Assembly: GCA_050173345.1 (NCBI GenBank)
Contig: JBFXKW010000001.1
Span: forward strand, 303,911 to 367,910
From: Alphaproteobacteria bacterium
Lineage (GTDB): Bacteria > Pseudomonadota > Alphaproteobacteria > UBA828
Length of the DNA: 64,000 bases
Reading direction: 5' to 3'
Shown here: piece after piece, positions 1-14,008 of the stretch
Layout of the letters: each line of letters begins with the position of its first letter
Numbering within the stretch: position 1 is the first letter of the stretch
Program-made: the position numbers and the translations under genes
Notes under the pieces: generated by a model
Seen by the model: the letters and a program-made list of their open reading frames with translations, nothing else
Databases searched by the model: none
What the model was told of the DNA's origin: nothing

Positions 1-89
1 TCGCCGATGCCCCAGACGCCAAACGCGACGACCAAGATCAGCAGCACGCCGCGCCCGGCCCATTTCTTCGTGATCTTCTGAAAATCCAC
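1..89 (-). CDS. N-terminal fragment (about 29 codons) of a PpiD/SurA-N-domain-like periplasmic chaperone; gene continues beyond the window edge
   Basis: Minus-strand reading gives a GTG start then VDFQKITKKWAGRGVLLILVVAFGVWGIG. This is a basic N-terminus followed by a single TM helix, as in PpiD-family proteins, which commonly neighbour tpiA in alphaproteobacteria. Only a few residues are visible. Confidence 0.35.
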   Translation of the reverse strand, partial: MDFQKITKKWAGRGVLLILVVAFGVWGIG

Positions 90-266
90 CGGCTAACCTC
101 TTGATGCAGCACAAGCCCCGTGCGGCGAGACGGCCCGATTTTAGGCGCCGGCCCCGGCGCGGGGCAACCGCGAACTCGCGGCCCGTGGGCGCGCTGGGCA
201 TGGGCCTGCCGCCCATGCTAGAACCCGGCCGCGGCAAACAGCCCCGAACCGGCGGCAGGGTGGGCG

Positions 267-1061
267 ATGGCAACAGGCCTCGCGCCGCGGCGTCTCGTCG
301 CGGCGAACTGGAAGATGAACGGCCTCAGGCGGGACGGCATCGATCGCGCCCGCGCCCTGGCAGAAATGGCGCGCGGGCAGGGCGGCCTCGGCTGCGACGT
401 GGTGGTCTGCCCGCCGGCGACGCTCCTCGTCGAGCTCAGGGCGGCGCTCGATGGCAGCGGCGTCGGGCTCGGCGCCCAGGATTGCCATGTCGCGCCGAGC
501 GGCGCCCATACCGGCGACCTCAGCGCGCCGATGCTGGCGGATGCCGGCTGCACCTATGTCATCGTCGGCCATTCGGAGCGCCGCGCCGCCCATGGCGAGA
601 CGGACGGGCAGGTGCGCGCCAAGGCCGCCGCCGCCTTGGAGGCAGGCTTGGTGCCGATCGTCTGCGTCGGCGAGAGCGAGGCGGCACGCCAGCGCGGCGA
701 AACCGCCGCCGTCGTGCGAGAGCAGCTCGCGGGGAGCCTGGGCGAGGAGATGGCCGGGCGAAGCTTCGCGATCGCCTACGAGCCGATCTGGGCGATCGGC
801 ACCGGCCGCACCGCGACGCCCGACGAGATTCTCGAGGTTCACGGGCTGATTCACGATTTCTGCGCCGGTCGATTTTCGGGCGGCGCGGCGCGTCCCCGCG
901 TGCTATATGGCGGCTCCGTCAACGCCCGGAATGCCGTCGCATTGCTGGCGCTCGACGGTGTCGACGGCGCGCTCGTGGGCGGCGCCAGCCTTGACGCCGC
1001 TGCGTTTTGGACAATCTGTGAAGCAGCCGGGGCGAGCCTCGAAACGGTATCGAGCCGGTAG
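267..1061 (+). CDS. tpiA: triosephosphate isomerase
   Basis: 264-aa ORF containing AANWKMNG, VVVCPP, IVGHSERR, AYEPIWAIGTG and GGASL, the canonical TIM motifs. Confidence 0.92.
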   Translation: MATGLAPRRLVAANWKMNGLRRDGIDRARALAEMARGQGGLGCDVVVCPPATLLVELRAALDGSGVGLGAQDCHVAPSGAHTGDLSAPMLADAGCTYVIVGHSERRAAHGETDGQVRAKAAAALEAGLVPIVCVGESEAARQRGETAAVVREQLAGSLGEEMAGRSFAIAYEPIWAIGTGRTATPDEILEVHGLIHDFCAGRFSGGAARPRVLYGGSVNARNAVALLALDGVDGALVGGASLDAAAFWTICEAAGASLETVSSR

Positions 1062-1070
1062 GGACCGATC

Positions 1071-1481
1071 GTGCAGACCATCCTTCTCGTCATCCTCATC
1101 CTGATCGCATTGGCGCTGATCGGCGTCGTGCTGGTGCAGCGCAGCGAAGGCGGCGCGCTCGGCATCGGCGGCGGCGGACCGGGCGGGATGTTCTCGGCGC
1201 GCGGCACCGCCAACTTCCTGACGCGGATCACCGCGGGGCTTGCCGCCGCGTTCATGATCCTCAGCCTCGTCCTCGTCATTCTCGAAGGCGGCAACAAGCG
1301 CGGCCGCTCGGTCATGGAAACCGAGCCGCCGAAGGAGGCGGTCGGCCAGTTCCTCCCCGAGGAGATCGACGAGGCGCCGCTCGAGCCCGACGTGCCGACC
1401 GGCGCGGTGCCCCCGTCTGGCACCGAGTCGGAGACGGCGCCCGCCGATGGCAGCCCGCCGAGCGTGCCCCAGGCCAATTGA
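1071..1481 (+). CDS. secG: preprotein translocase subunit SecG
   Basis: 136-aa protein starting MQTILLVILILIALALIGVVLVQRSEGG with a second TM helix. The position just after tpiA is conserved. Confidence 0.85.
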   Translation: MQTILLVILILIALALIGVVLVQRSEGGALGIGGGGPGGMFSARGTANFLTRITAGLAAAFMILSLVLVILEGGNKRGRSVMETEPPKEAVGQFLPEEIDEAPLEPDVPTGAVPPSGTESETAPADGSPPSVPQAN

Positions 1482-3203
<1,722 letters not shown>

Positions 3204-3214
3204 GGCCGCGCGGC

Positions 3215-4051
3215 TTGGCCGAACCCCGTCACGTCAGGATCGGCGGCTTCGAGGTCGGCAACGACCTGCCGCTCGCGCTGATCGCAGGGCCGTGCGCGAT
3301 CGAGAGCCGCGAGCATGCGCTCGAGGTGGCCGAGGCGCTGGTCGAGATCACGGCGCGGCGCAAGCTGCCGCTGATCTACAAGAGCTCCTACGACAAGGCG
3401 AACCGCACCAGCCTGAAGGCCGCGCGCGGCATCGGCATCGACGAGGGCCTGCCCATCCTCGCCGAGGTGCGCGAGAGATTCGGCTGCCCGGTGATCACCG
3501 ACGTGCATCTGCCCGAGCAGTGCGCCCGCGCGGCGCAGGCGGTCGACGTGCTGCAGATCCCGGCGTTCCTCTGCCGTCAGACCGACCTGCTGGTCGCCGC
3601 GGCCGAGACCGGGCGGCCGGTCAACGTCAAGAAGGGCCAGTTCCTCGCGCCGTGGGACATGGCGAACGTGGTCGCCAAGCTCGACGCCAGCGGGAACCCG
3701 AACACGCTGCTCTGCGAGCGCGGCGCGAGCTTCGGCTACAACACGCTGGTCTCGGACATGCGCGCGATCCCGATCATGGCGGCGACCGGCTGCCCGGTGG
3801 TGTTCGACGCCACGCACTCGGTGCAGCAGCCGGGCGGGCAGGGCACCTCGAGCGGCGGCCAGCGCGAGTTCGTCCCCGTGCTGGCGCGCGCCGCGGTCGC
3901 GGTCGGCGTCGCCGCGGTCTTCATGGAGACCCACCCCGACCCCGACAAGGCGCCCTCCGACGGCCCCAACATGGTGCCGCTCAAGGCGCTGCCCGCGCTG
4001 CTCGACACGCTGATCGCGTTCGACCGTCTGGCCAAGGGCAGGCCGGCCTGA
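3215..4051 (+). CDS. kdsA: 3-deoxy-8-phosphooctulonate synthase (KDO8P synthase)
   Basis: 278 aa from a TTG start. Contains [10 protein letters not shown] and [11 protein letters not shown], which are typical KdsA sequences. Confidence 0.85.
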   Translation: MAEPRHVRIGGFEVGNDLPLALIAGPCAIESREHALEVAEALVEITARRKLPLIYKSSYDKANRTSLKAARGIGIDEGLPILAEVRERFGCPVITDVHLPEQCARAAQAVDVLQIPAFLCRQTDLLVAAAETGRPVNVKKGQFLAPWDMANVVAKLDASGNPNTLLCERGASFGYNTLVSDMRAIPIMAATGCPVVFDATHSVQQPGGQGTSSGGQREFVPVLARAAVAVGVAAVFMETHPDPDKAPSDGPNMVPLKALPALLDTLIAFDRLAKGRPA

Positions 4052-4087
4052 GCCGCCCATTGCCCCGAATCCGCTGGCGCCCTATAG

Positions 4088-5416
<1,329 letters not shown>

Positions 5417-5463
5417 GCGGGTTCGCTGCGACTCCTTGGCTACCGCTCGATGCGACGCATGTT

Positions 5464-5497
5464 GACAGCAACGAATCGAGTGTGATTCGTTGCTGTC
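5464..5497. repeat. perfect 14-bp-stem inverted repeat (gacagcaacgaatc-gagtgt-gattcgttgctgtc) directly abutting the start codon of the downstream gene
   Basis: Read directly from the sequence. There is no U-tract after the stem, and the stem ends one base before the ATG at 5498. Confidence 0.6.
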
Positions 5498-5818
5498 ATG
5501 TCGAGCCTGCCGAGAGAGATTCGCTATCGCGCGCGGCACCTGGTGCTGCCGCTGCTTGGCTGCCTCGTCATCGTCTATTTCGGCTACCACGCGGTGCAGG
5601 GTGATCGCGGCCTGCTCGCCTGGCTCTCGAAGTCCAACGAGGCCGAGCTGCTGCGCGCCGAGGTCGAGACGTTGAAGGCCGAGCGTGCCGCGCTCGAACA
5701 CCGGGTCGCCCGGCTGCGCCCGGAGAGCCTCGACCTCGACCTCCTGGACGAGCGCGCGCGCGCCGTGCTCAACCTCTCCTCGCCGGACGAAATCGTCATC
5801 ATCAACCGGCCGGAATAG
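5498..5818 (+). CDS. septum formation initiator family protein (FtsB/DivIC-like)
   Basis: 106 aa with an N-terminal TM helix (LVLPLLGCLVIVYFGY) followed by a coiled coil (AELLRAEVETLKAERAALEHRVARL). Sits in the conserved position between eno and pdhA. Confidence 0.7.
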   Translation: MSSLPREIRYRARHLVLPLLGCLVIVYFGYHAVQGDRGLLAWLSKSNEAELLRAEVETLKAERAALEHRVARLRPESLDLDLLDERARAVLNLSSPDEIVIINRPE

Positions 5819-5970
5819 CGCCCGCGAAGCCGCGTTCGCGGCGCATCGGGTATTCAATCTTGTCATGCTAACTTTCAGACGGCTGGTTTGCTTGCCGGCC
5901 TCCGGCTTTCCCTGTAGCTTGCCGCCGGGCCACGGGTCAGGTCGCAGCGCGCAGCGCAAGGGAGGTCGGC

Positions 5971-6975
5971 ATGGCACTCGCGAAGAAGAAGGAGCGGCCG
6001 GGCGGCGCGCCCCAGGCCAGCGGCGAGACGCTGCTCGCCTATTTTCGCGAGATGCTGCTGCTGCGCCGGTTCGAGGAGAAGGCCGGCCAGATGTATGGCA
6101 TGGGCCTGATCGGCGGCTTTTGCCATCTCTACATCGGACAGGAGGCCGTGGTCATCGGCATCCGGCACGCGCTCGGGCCGGGGGATTCGGTGATCACCGG
6201 CTATCGCTGCCACGCCCACCTGGTCGCTTCCGGCGCCGACCCGAAGGCGGTGATGGCCGAGCTCACGGGGCGCGCCGGCGGCATCTCCAAGGGCAAGGGC
6301 GGCTCGATGCACATGTTCAATCCCGCAGGCGGCTTCTATGGCGGGCACGGCATCGTCGGCGCGCCGGCGCCGCTCGGGGCCGGGCTCGCGCTCGCCAACT
6401 GGTATCGCGGCAATGACCGCGTCGCGGTTGCCTATTTCGGCGACGGCGCCTCCAACCAGGGCCAGGTGTTCGAGGCCTTCAACATGGCGGCGCTCTGGAA
6501 GCTGCCCGCCATCTTCGTGATCGAGAACAACCAGTACGCCATGGGCACGTCGCAGCAGCGCTCGACCGCGGTGCACGATCTCTATCGGCGCGGCGAGGCG
6601 TTCGGCCTGGAGGGCAGGCAGGTCGACGGCATGGACGTGGTCGCGGTCAAGGCGGCGGCGGACGAGGCGGTCGCATACTGCCGGAGCGGCAAGGGGCCGA
6701 TCGTGCTCGAAGCCCTCACTTACCGATACCGCGGCCATTCGATGTCCGACCCCGCGAAGTATCGCAGCCGGGAGGAGGTCGCGCGGATACGCTCCGAGCG
6801 CGACCCGATCGAGCATGTGCGCGAGCTCCTGCTCGAGGGCAAGCACACCGACGAGGACATGCTCAAGGAAATCGAGAAAGAGGTGAGGGCGGTGATCAAC
6901 GAGGCGGCCGAGTATGCCCAGAACAACCCGGAGCCCGCCGCCGCCGAGCTCCTCACCGACGTCTATGTGAGCTGA
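5971..6975 (+). CDS. pdhA: pyruvate dehydrogenase E1 component alpha subunit
   Basis: 334 aa with a TPP-binding motif ([23 protein letters not shown]) and [11 protein letters not shown]. Confidence 0.92.
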   Translation: MALAKKKERPGGAPQASGETLLAYFREMLLLRRFEEKAGQMYGMGLIGGFCHLYIGQEAVVIGIRHALGPGDSVITGYRCHAHLVASGADPKAVMAELTGRAGGISKGKGGSMHMFNPAGGFYGGHGIVGAPAPLGAGLALANWYRGNDRVAVAYFGDGASNQGQVFEAFNMAALWKLPAIFVIENNQYAMGTSQQRSTAVHDLYRRGEAFGLEGRQVDGMDVVAVKAAADEAVAYCRSGKGPIVLEALTYRYRGHSMSDPAKYRSREEVARIRSERDPIEHVRELLLEGKHTDEDMLKEIEKEVRAVINEAAEYAQNNPEPAAAELLTDVYVS

Positions 6976-6991
6976 GCAGGGAGGCGCGGCC

Positions 6992-7975
<984 letters not shown>

Positions 7976-8014
7976 CGGTCCGGGCGGTTGCCCGGACGAC
8001 AGGGAGAACGAGAC

Positions 8015-9361
8015 ATGGCAGTTCGCGTGCTGATGCCGGCGCTGTCGCCGACCATGACGGAAGGCAACCTCGCCAAGTGGCACAAGAAGGAGGGCGACCC
8101 GATCAGCCCCGGCGACGTGCTCGCCGAGATCGAAACCGACAAGGCCACCATGGAGGTCGAGGCGGTCGATGAGGGCGTGCTCGGCAAGATCGTGGTGCCG
8201 GAGGGCACGCAGAGCGTTCAGGTCAACGCGGTGATCGCGGTGATCCTCGAAGAGGGCGAGGACAAGTCAGCCCTCGAAGGCATGAACCTCGGCGGTGCCG
8301 CCGCGCCCGCGGCTGCACCCGCCAAGGAAGCGGCGGCGCCGGCCGAAGCGGCCAAGCCAAAGGAAGCCGCACCTGCGCCTGCACCGCCGCCTGCCACCGA
8401 AGCCAAGCCGGCGCCTGCGCCTGCCGCCGCCAGGAGCGGCGCGCAGGAGCGCGTCTTCGCGAGCCCGCTGGCGCGCCGCATGGCCGAGCAGGCCGGCCTC
8501 GACCTCGCCGCGCTCACAGGCTCAGGCCCCCACGGGCGTATCGTGAAGTCCGACATCGAAGCGGCGATCGCTTCCGGCGCGCAGGCGAAGGCGCCGGCCG
8601 CCGTGCCCTCTGCTGCACCGGCGCCGGTGGCCGCGCCGACGCGTGCCCCGGCGGCGCCCGGCGCACTCTATGAGGACGTGCCGGCGAGCAACATGCGCAA
8701 GGTGATCGCGCGGCGGCTGCTCGAAGCGAAGCAGCAGGTGCCGCACTTCTACCTGACCATCGATTGCGAGATCGATGAGCTGCTCAAGGTCCGGAAAGAG
8801 CTGAACGCGCGTTCGGAGAGCTACAAGCTGTCGGTCAACGACTTCGTGATCCGCGCTTCGGCGCTCGCGCTGCGCAAGCTGCCCCACGTCAACGCGTCAT
8901 GGCTCGACGGCACGATCCGCTACTACAAGACGGTCGACGTCTCGGTCGCGGTCGCGACCGACGAGGGTCTGGTGACGCCGATCATCCACAATGCCGACCA
9001 CAAGGGCCTGCTCGAGATTTCCGATGAGATGCGGGAGCTGGCCCGGCGCGCCCGCCTGCCCACGAAGGACAAGGACTGGCTCAAGCCGGACGAATACCAG
9101 GGCGGCACCTTCTCGATCTCGAACCTCGGCATGCACGGCATCAAGCACTTCGAGGCGATCATCAACCCGCCGCAATCCTGCATCATCGCGGTCGGCGCGG
9201 GCGAGCAGCGCGCCGTGGTCAAGGACGGTGCGCTCGCCATCGCGACCATCATGAGCGTCACGCTGTCATGCGACCATCGCGTGGTGGACGGCGCGGCCGG
9301 CGCCGAGTTCCTCAAGGTGTTCAAGGGTCTGATCGAGGATCCGCTGACCATGTTGCTCTAG
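8015..9361 (+). CDS. pdhC: dihydrolipoamide acetyltransferase (PDH E2)
   Basis: Lipoyl domain (ETDKATMEVEA), a Pro/Ala-rich linker, a peripheral subunit-binding domain (ASPLARRMAE) and a catalytic domain with DHRVVDG. Confidence 0.9.
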   Translation: MAVRVLMPALSPTMTEGNLAKWHKKEGDPISPGDVLAEIETDKATMEVEAVDEGVLGKIVVPEGTQSVQVNAVIAVILEEGEDKSALEGMNLGGAAAPAAAPAKEAAAPAEAAKPKEAAPAPAPPPATEAKPAPAPAAARSGAQERVFASPLARRMAEQAGLDLAALTGSGPHGRIVKSDIEAAIASGAQAKAPAAVPSAAPAPVAAPTRAPAAPGALYEDVPASNMRKVIARRLLEAKQQVPHFYLTIDCEIDELLKVRKELNARSESYKLSVNDFVIRASALALRKLPHVNASWLDGTIRYYKTVDVSVAVATDEGLVTPIIHNADHKGLLEISDEMRELARRARLPTKDKDWLKPDEYQGGTFSISNLGMHGIKHFEAIINPPQSCIIAVGAGEQRAVVKDGALAIATIMSVTLSCDHRVVDGAAGAEFLKVFKGLIEDPLTMLL

Positions 9362-9391
9362 CCCGCGCGGCTCGAGCCGGAGAGGTTTCCG

Positions 9392-10795
9392 ATGGCCGAT
9401 ACCAGCTTCGACGTGGTGGTCGTGGGCGGCGGGCCGGGCGGCTATGTCGCCGCCATCCGTGCGGCCCAGCTCGGGCTCAAGACCGCCTGCGTCGAGCGCG
9501 AGCATCTGGGCGGCATCTGCCTCAACTGGGGCTGCATCCCGACCAAGGCGCTGCTGCGCGTCTCCGAGATCAAGCACGCGCTCGATCATCTCGGCGATTA
9601 TGGCCTTTCGGCCAAAGAGATATCGTTCGACCTTGCCAAGGTGGTGAAGCGTTCGCGCAAGGTCGCCGGCCAGCTTTCGAACGGCGTGGCGTACCTGCTT
9701 AAGAAGAACAAGGTCACGGTGTTCGACGGGCGGGGCAAGCTCGCCGGCCAGGGCAAGATCGAGGTCAGCAAGGACGGCAAGCCGGTCGCGACCCTGAGCG
9801 CGAAGCACGTCATCCTCGCGACCGGCGCGCGCGCCAGGTCGCTGCCCGGCCTCGAGCCGGACGGCAAGCTGGTCTGGACCTACAAGGAAGCGATGGTGCC
9901 GGACGCCATGCCGAAATCCCTGCTGGTGGTCGGCTCGGGCGCGATCGGCATCGAGTTCGCGAGCTTCTATCGCGATCTCGGCGCCGAGGTCACGGTCGTC
10001 GAGGTGCTGCCGCGCATCCTGCCGGTCGAGGACGAGGAGATTTCCGCCTTCGCGCACAAGGCGTTCGAGGAGCAGGGCATCAAGATCCATACCGACGCCA
10101 CGGTGAAGGCGCTGAAGAAGGGCGCGAGCAACGTTACCGCGACGATCGAGCCCAAGGGCGGCAAGCCGTTCGACCTTACCGTCGACCGGGTGATCCTCGC
10201 CGTCGGCATCGTCGGCAATGTCGAGGACATCGGCCTCGAAGGCACTAAGGTGAAGGTCGAGAAGAGCCACGTCGTGATCGACCAGTGGGGCGCGACCGGC
10301 GAGCCCGGCGTCTACGCGATCGGCGACCTGGCCGGGCCGCCCTGGCTCGCCCACAAGGCGATGCACGAGGGCGTAGTCTGCGTCGAGAGGATCGCGGGCG
10401 TCGCGGGCGTGCACCCGCTCGATACCCGCAACGTGCCGGGCTGCACCTATTGCCGGCCGCAAATCGCCTCGGTGGGTCTCACCGAGCGGGCCGCCAAGGA
10501 GCAGGGCTACACGGTCAAGGTCGGCCGTTTCCCGTTCATCGGCAACGGCAAGGCGATCGCGCTCGGCGAGCCCAAGGGCCTGGTCAAGACGGTGTTCGAC
10601 GCCAAGACCGGCGAGCTGCTCGGCGCCCACATGGTCGGCGCGGAGGTTACCGAGTTAATTCAAGGTTATACGATCGCCCGCACGATGGAAGGGACGGAGG
10701 AGGACCTGATGCGCACCATCTTCCCGCACCCGACCATCTCCGAGACCATGCATGAAGCGGTGCTTGACGCCTATGGCCGCGCCCTCCACATCTAG
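9392..10795 (+). CDS. lpdA: dihydrolipoyl dehydrogenase (E3)
   Basis: 467 aa with an FAD motif (VVVGGGPGGYVAA), a redox disulfide (GGICLNWGCIPTK) and a C-terminal HPTISE motif. Confidence 0.92.
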   Translation: MADTSFDVVVVGGGPGGYVAAIRAAQLGLKTACVEREHLGGICLNWGCIPTKALLRVSEIKHALDHLGDYGLSAKEISFDLAKVVKRSRKVAGQLSNGVAYLLKKNKVTVFDGRGKLAGQGKIEVSKDGKPVATLSAKHVILATGARARSLPGLEPDGKLVWTYKEAMVPDAMPKSLLVVGSGAIGIEFASFYRDLGAEVTVVEVLPRILPVEDEEISAFAHKAFEEQGIKIHTDATVKALKKGASNVTATIEPKGGKPFDLTVDRVILAVGIVGNVEDIGLEGTKVKVEKSHVVIDQWGATGEPGVYAIGDLAGPPWLAHKAMHEGVVCVERIAGVAGVHPLDTRNVPGCTYCRPQIASVGLTERAAKEQGYTVKVGRFPFIGNGKAIALGEPKGLVKTVFDAKTGELLGAHMVGAEVTELIQGYTIARTMEGTEEDLMRTIFPHPTISETMHEAVLDAYGRALHI

Positions 10796-10825
10796 GGACG
10801 TGAGAAGGGCCGGATTGGTGGTCGA

Positions 10826-11755
10826 ATGAGCGACGACAACGTGGCGCCGATCGTGAAGCGGGCCGAGCGGTTGCCTAAGCCGCCCTGGCTCAGGGTCAAG
10901 GCGCCGACCTCCGCGGCATACGCCGAGACACGCAAGCTGGTGCGCGAGCACCGGCTCAACACGGTCTGCGAGGAGGCGGCCTGCCCCAATATCGGCGAGT
11001 GCTGGGCCAAGGGTCACGCGACCGTCATGATCCTCGGCTCGGTCTGCACCCGCGCCTGCGCCTTCTGCAACGTCAAGACCGGCCAGCCTGACCTGCTCGA
11101 CCCGCACGAGCCGGACGAGGTCGCGCAAGCCGTCGCCGGGCTCGGCCTGGAGCATGTCGTCATCACCTCGGTCGATCGCGACGACCTCGACGATGGCGGC
11201 GCCGATCATTTCGTGCGCTGCATCGCGCGCGTCCGCGAGACCTCGCCCTCGACCACCATCGAGGTGCTTACGCCGGATTTCCGCAACAAGCCGGGCGCGC
11301 TCGAAGCGGTCGCCAAGGCGCGGCCCGACGTGTTCAACCACAATCTGGAAACCGTGCCGCGCCTCTATACCGAGGTGCGCCCCGGCGCCCGCTACTTCCA
11401 TTCGCTGCGCCAGCTCGCGCGCATGAAGGAGCTCGAGCCCTCGGTCTTCACCAAGTCCGGCATCATGGTTGGGCTCGGCGAGGAGCGCCGCGAGGTGCTC
11501 CAGGTGATGGACGACATGCGCAGCGCCGACGTCGATTTCCTGACCATCGGCCAGTACCTCCAGCCGACACCGCGCCATCACGCGATCGACCGCTATGTCA
11601 CGCCGGACGAGTTCGAGGAATACAGGCGGCTTGCCTACGCCAAGGGCTTCCTGATGGTCTCGTCCTCGCCGCTGACCCGCTCGTCCTACCATGCCGGTGA
11701 CGATTTCCGCCGCTTGCGCGCCGCGCGCGAGGCGAAGCTGGCCGCCACCCGCTGA
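10826..11755 (+). CDS. lipA: lipoyl synthase
   Basis: 309 aa with the radical-SAM and auxiliary cluster cysteines ([12 protein letters not shown] and [10 protein letters not shown]). Confidence 0.92.
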   Translation: MSDDNVAPIVKRAERLPKPPWLRVKAPTSAAYAETRKLVREHRLNTVCEEAACPNIGECWAKGHATVMILGSVCTRACAFCNVKTGQPDLLDPHEPDEVAQAVAGLGLEHVVITSVDRDDLDDGGADHFVRCIARVRETSPSTTIEVLTPDFRNKPGALEAVAKARPDVFNHNLETVPRLYTEVRPGARYFHSLRQLARMKELEPSVFTKSGIMVGLGEERREVLQVMDDMRSADVDFLTIGQYLQPTPRHHAIDRYVTPDEFEEYRRLAYAKGFLMVSSSPLTRSSYHAGDDFRRLRAAREAKLAATR

Positions 11756-11777
11756 GCCCGGAAGGGCTTGCGCCGCC

Positions 11778-12245
11778 ATGCCCCGACACGCCGAGAAGCG
11801 GGTGCTGCCCTATTCGGTCGAGCAGGTGTTCGACATGGTGGCCGATGTCGAGCGTTACCCCGAGTTCCTGCCCTGGTGCCTCGGCTGCCGCGTGGTCGGC
11901 CGCGACCCGGGCGAAATCCGGGCCGACCTGCTGATCGGCTTCAAGATGTTCCGCGAGCGCTGGCATTCCCGCGTGCTGCTCGACCGGCCGCGGCAGATCG
12001 ACGTCGAATACGTCCACGGGCCGTTCCGGCACCTGGAGAACCGCTGGCGCTTCGAGCCGCACCCGGATGGCTGCCTGGTCGATTTCTACGTCGATTTCGA
12101 GTTCCGCTCGAAGCTCTTGAGCCGGGTCATCGCCGGCTTGTTTGGCGAGGCGGTGCACCACATGGTGCGCGCCTTCGAGACGCGGGCGCGCGCGATCTAC
12201 GGCGCGCCGAAGACGGTCGAATCCTTGAGCCCGACCGGGCACTAG
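11778..12245 (+). CDS. SRPBCC-family protein (RatA/CoxG/COQ10-like; often annotated type II TA RatA-family toxin)
   Basis: 155 aa from an internal ATG (MPRHAEKRVLPYSVEQVFDMVADVERYPEFLPWC). Occupies the conserved position immediately after lipA. Confidence 0.7.
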   Translation: MPRHAEKRVLPYSVEQVFDMVADVERYPEFLPWCLGCRVVGRDPGEIRADLLIGFKMFRERWHSRVLLDRPRQIDVEYVHGPFRHLENRWRFEPHPDGCLVDFYVDFEFRSKLLSRVIAGLFGEAVHHMVRAFETRARAIYGAPKTVESLSPTGH

Positions 12246-12256
12246 GGAGTCGCGCC

Positions 12257-13279
12257 ATGCCTCAGACGGTCGCACTGCCGGCTGCTGCCACGGCAGCTTC
12301 TCGTCCCGCGGATACCCAAGCGGATACACAAACGCAGCGCCTCGCGGCGTCGGTGGTGCATGACGCGGCGGCGCGCTATGCGGCGCTCTGCCGCGCCCGC
12401 GTCGATACCTTCGTGGACCGCAACTACTCGCTGTTCGGCGCCCTCGAATTGAACCGCCGCGCGCTCGGCTGGGACCTCGTGCGCGCGCCGACCAACATCT
12501 CGCTCGCCGGGCCCGAGCTCGCCCGTCGCACGCTGGTCGCTGGCGCGCGGGCGCTCAAGCGGCACGGGATCGCGGATCGGCTCGACCGCCGCCGCCTCGT
12601 GCTCGACACCGATGTCGGCCGCGAGATCGAGTGGCGTCTGTTCTCCGAGCTGCTGGGGCTGCCCTATCGGCAGGCTGGGCGCAGCGTCGAGCGCGATGCC
12701 TTCGCCGAGGAGATCCTCGCCGACGCCAGGGTCGAGGCGCTGGCGGACCGCGCCGCGCTCGGCCTCGCGCCGGAGGCGCAGGCGCGTATCCGTCATGCGG
12801 TCTCGTCCTACGCGGCGACGCGGGTTGCCGCCGCCGACCTGTCGAGCGGGCTCGCCTCGGCCGGCGTCGGCATGCTGCTGTTCCACAAGCTGACGCCGGG
12901 CGCGCTGACGCTCGGCCCGGTCGCGGCGCACGCGCTGCTCCAGCACGCCGCGGTTTCGGCCTTCCCGCTCGGCGCGGCGCTCGGCAGCGTGTGGTACGGC
13001 CTGTTCCCGACGGCTGCGCCGCTCGCCTTCAGCGTCGTGATGACGGGCGGCGTCGCGGCCGGCCTCGCGGCGGTGAGCGCGTTCTCGGGCGTGGTCTCCG
13101 ACCCGGTGCAGCGCCGGCTCGGCCTGCACCGGCGCCGGCTGCTCAGGCTGATCGACGCCGTCGAGGCGGCGCTGCGCGGCGACGATGCCCGCTTCGTCGC
13201 GCACGACCACTATGTCGCGCGGGTGTTCGACCTGATCGACGCGCTGGCGACCGTGAGGACCGCGACGAGAGGCGGTTAG
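12257..13279 (+). CDS. hypothetical protein (340 aa) with a hydrophobic, probably membrane-associated C-terminal half
   Basis: ATG at 12257 after trimming an overlapping spurious N-terminal extension. Protein-like composition, unlike the Arg-rich antisense ORF covering the same region. No domain recognised. Confidence 0.45.
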   Translation: MPQTVALPAAATAASRPADTQADTQTQRLAASVVHDAAARYAALCRARVDTFVDRNYSLFGALELNRRALGWDLVRAPTNISLAGPELARRTLVAGARALKRHGIADRLDRRRLVLDTDVGREIEWRLFSELLGLPYRQAGRSVERDAFAEEILADARVEALADRAALGLAPEAQARIRHAVSSYAATRVAAADLSSGLASAGVGMLLFHKLTPGALTLGPVAAHALLQHAAVSAFPLGAALGSVWYGLFPTAAPLAFSVVMTGGVAAGLAAVSAFSGVVSDPVQRRLGLHRRRLLRLIDAVEAALRGDDARFVAHDHYVARVFDLIDALATVRTATRGG

Positions 13280-13929
13280 CGCCCGGCCGCGCGGAGCAGG
13301 TGCGTCCGTGCGGCGGTCATGACGCCGGAGAGGGCGAGCGGGCCGTCGCTTATCAGGAAGGCCTGGAAGAGTTGCTCCTCGTCGGTGCTCTCGTGGTACC
13401 CCGGCGAAGGCCCCGCGACTATCTGGATGACGGTCGCGAGCTCGGCTTCGAGGTACATGCAGCTGAACGCTTCCCCGGCCGCGCTCAGATAGCAGAGGAC
13501 CCGCACGGCGGCGTGGTCCGGCGTCTCGACCGTCAGCTCGGTGATCGTGAAGAGCCCGCTGTTCTCGTCCGCCGTCTCGACGAACTGAAAATCGTAATAG
13601 TCCTCGGCCTGCTCCTTGCTCGCAAAGATGAGATAGAAGGCGAGCGCCTCGCGGAAGTGCTCACGCGGGCTTTCGAAGCTCGACATCACGCCGGCGACGA
13701 TGCCGTACTCGGCCGCCTCCGGCGGGACCGGCTCGTCGCCGACCGTCTCCAGCAGACGATAGCCGTCGCGCAACTGGCTCTGGTCGAACGGCGTGTCGGC
13801 GATGGCGCGCGCCAGCGCCTCGCCGTCGGCCGCCGAGGCGAGGCCGGGCGGCGACAGGCCGATCATCGCCCCGAGCCCGATCGCGCCGAGGCAGCAAGGC
13901 AGCCCTGAGAGGCTTCTTCCGACGTTCAT
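13276..13929 (-). CDS. hypothetical secreted protein (217 aa) with an N-terminal signal peptide
   Basis: Internal ATG giving MNVGRSLSGLPCCLGAIGLGAMIGLSPPGLASA, followed by an acidic mature region. The 3' end overlaps the stop of the convergent gene by 4 bp. No domain recognised. Confidence 0.5.
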   Translation of the reverse strand: MNVGRSLSGLPCCLGAIGLGAMIGLSPPGLASAADGEALARAIADTPFDQSQLRDGYRLLETVGDEPVPPEAAEYGIVAGVMSSFESPREHFREALAFYLIFASKEQAEDYYDFQFVETADENSGLFTITELTVETPDHAAVRVLCYLSAAGEAFSCMYLEAELATVIQIVAGPSPGYHESTDEEQLFQAFLISDGPLALSGVMTAARTHLLRAAGR

Positions 13930-14008
13930 GGTACGGGGTCGCTCATTCATAGAGTGGTGGATGCCGGGTACGCTGTGGCCGATATGAATACCCCCGCTGT
14001 ATCGGCGA

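Noticed and set aside
101-994. 297-aa plus-strand ORF overlapping tpiA in another frame
   Set aside because: Extremely Arg/Ala/Gly-rich low-complexity translation typical of off-frame reading of high-GC coding DNA. tpiA in the other frame has all the TIM motifs.
12242-13210. 322-aa minus-strand ORF opposite the 340-aa hypothetical
   Set aside because: Arg/Glu/Ala-rich and repetitive (RRDRAERQRARRQ...). The plus-strand ORF looks more protein-like. Retained only as an alternative under finding 12257..13929.
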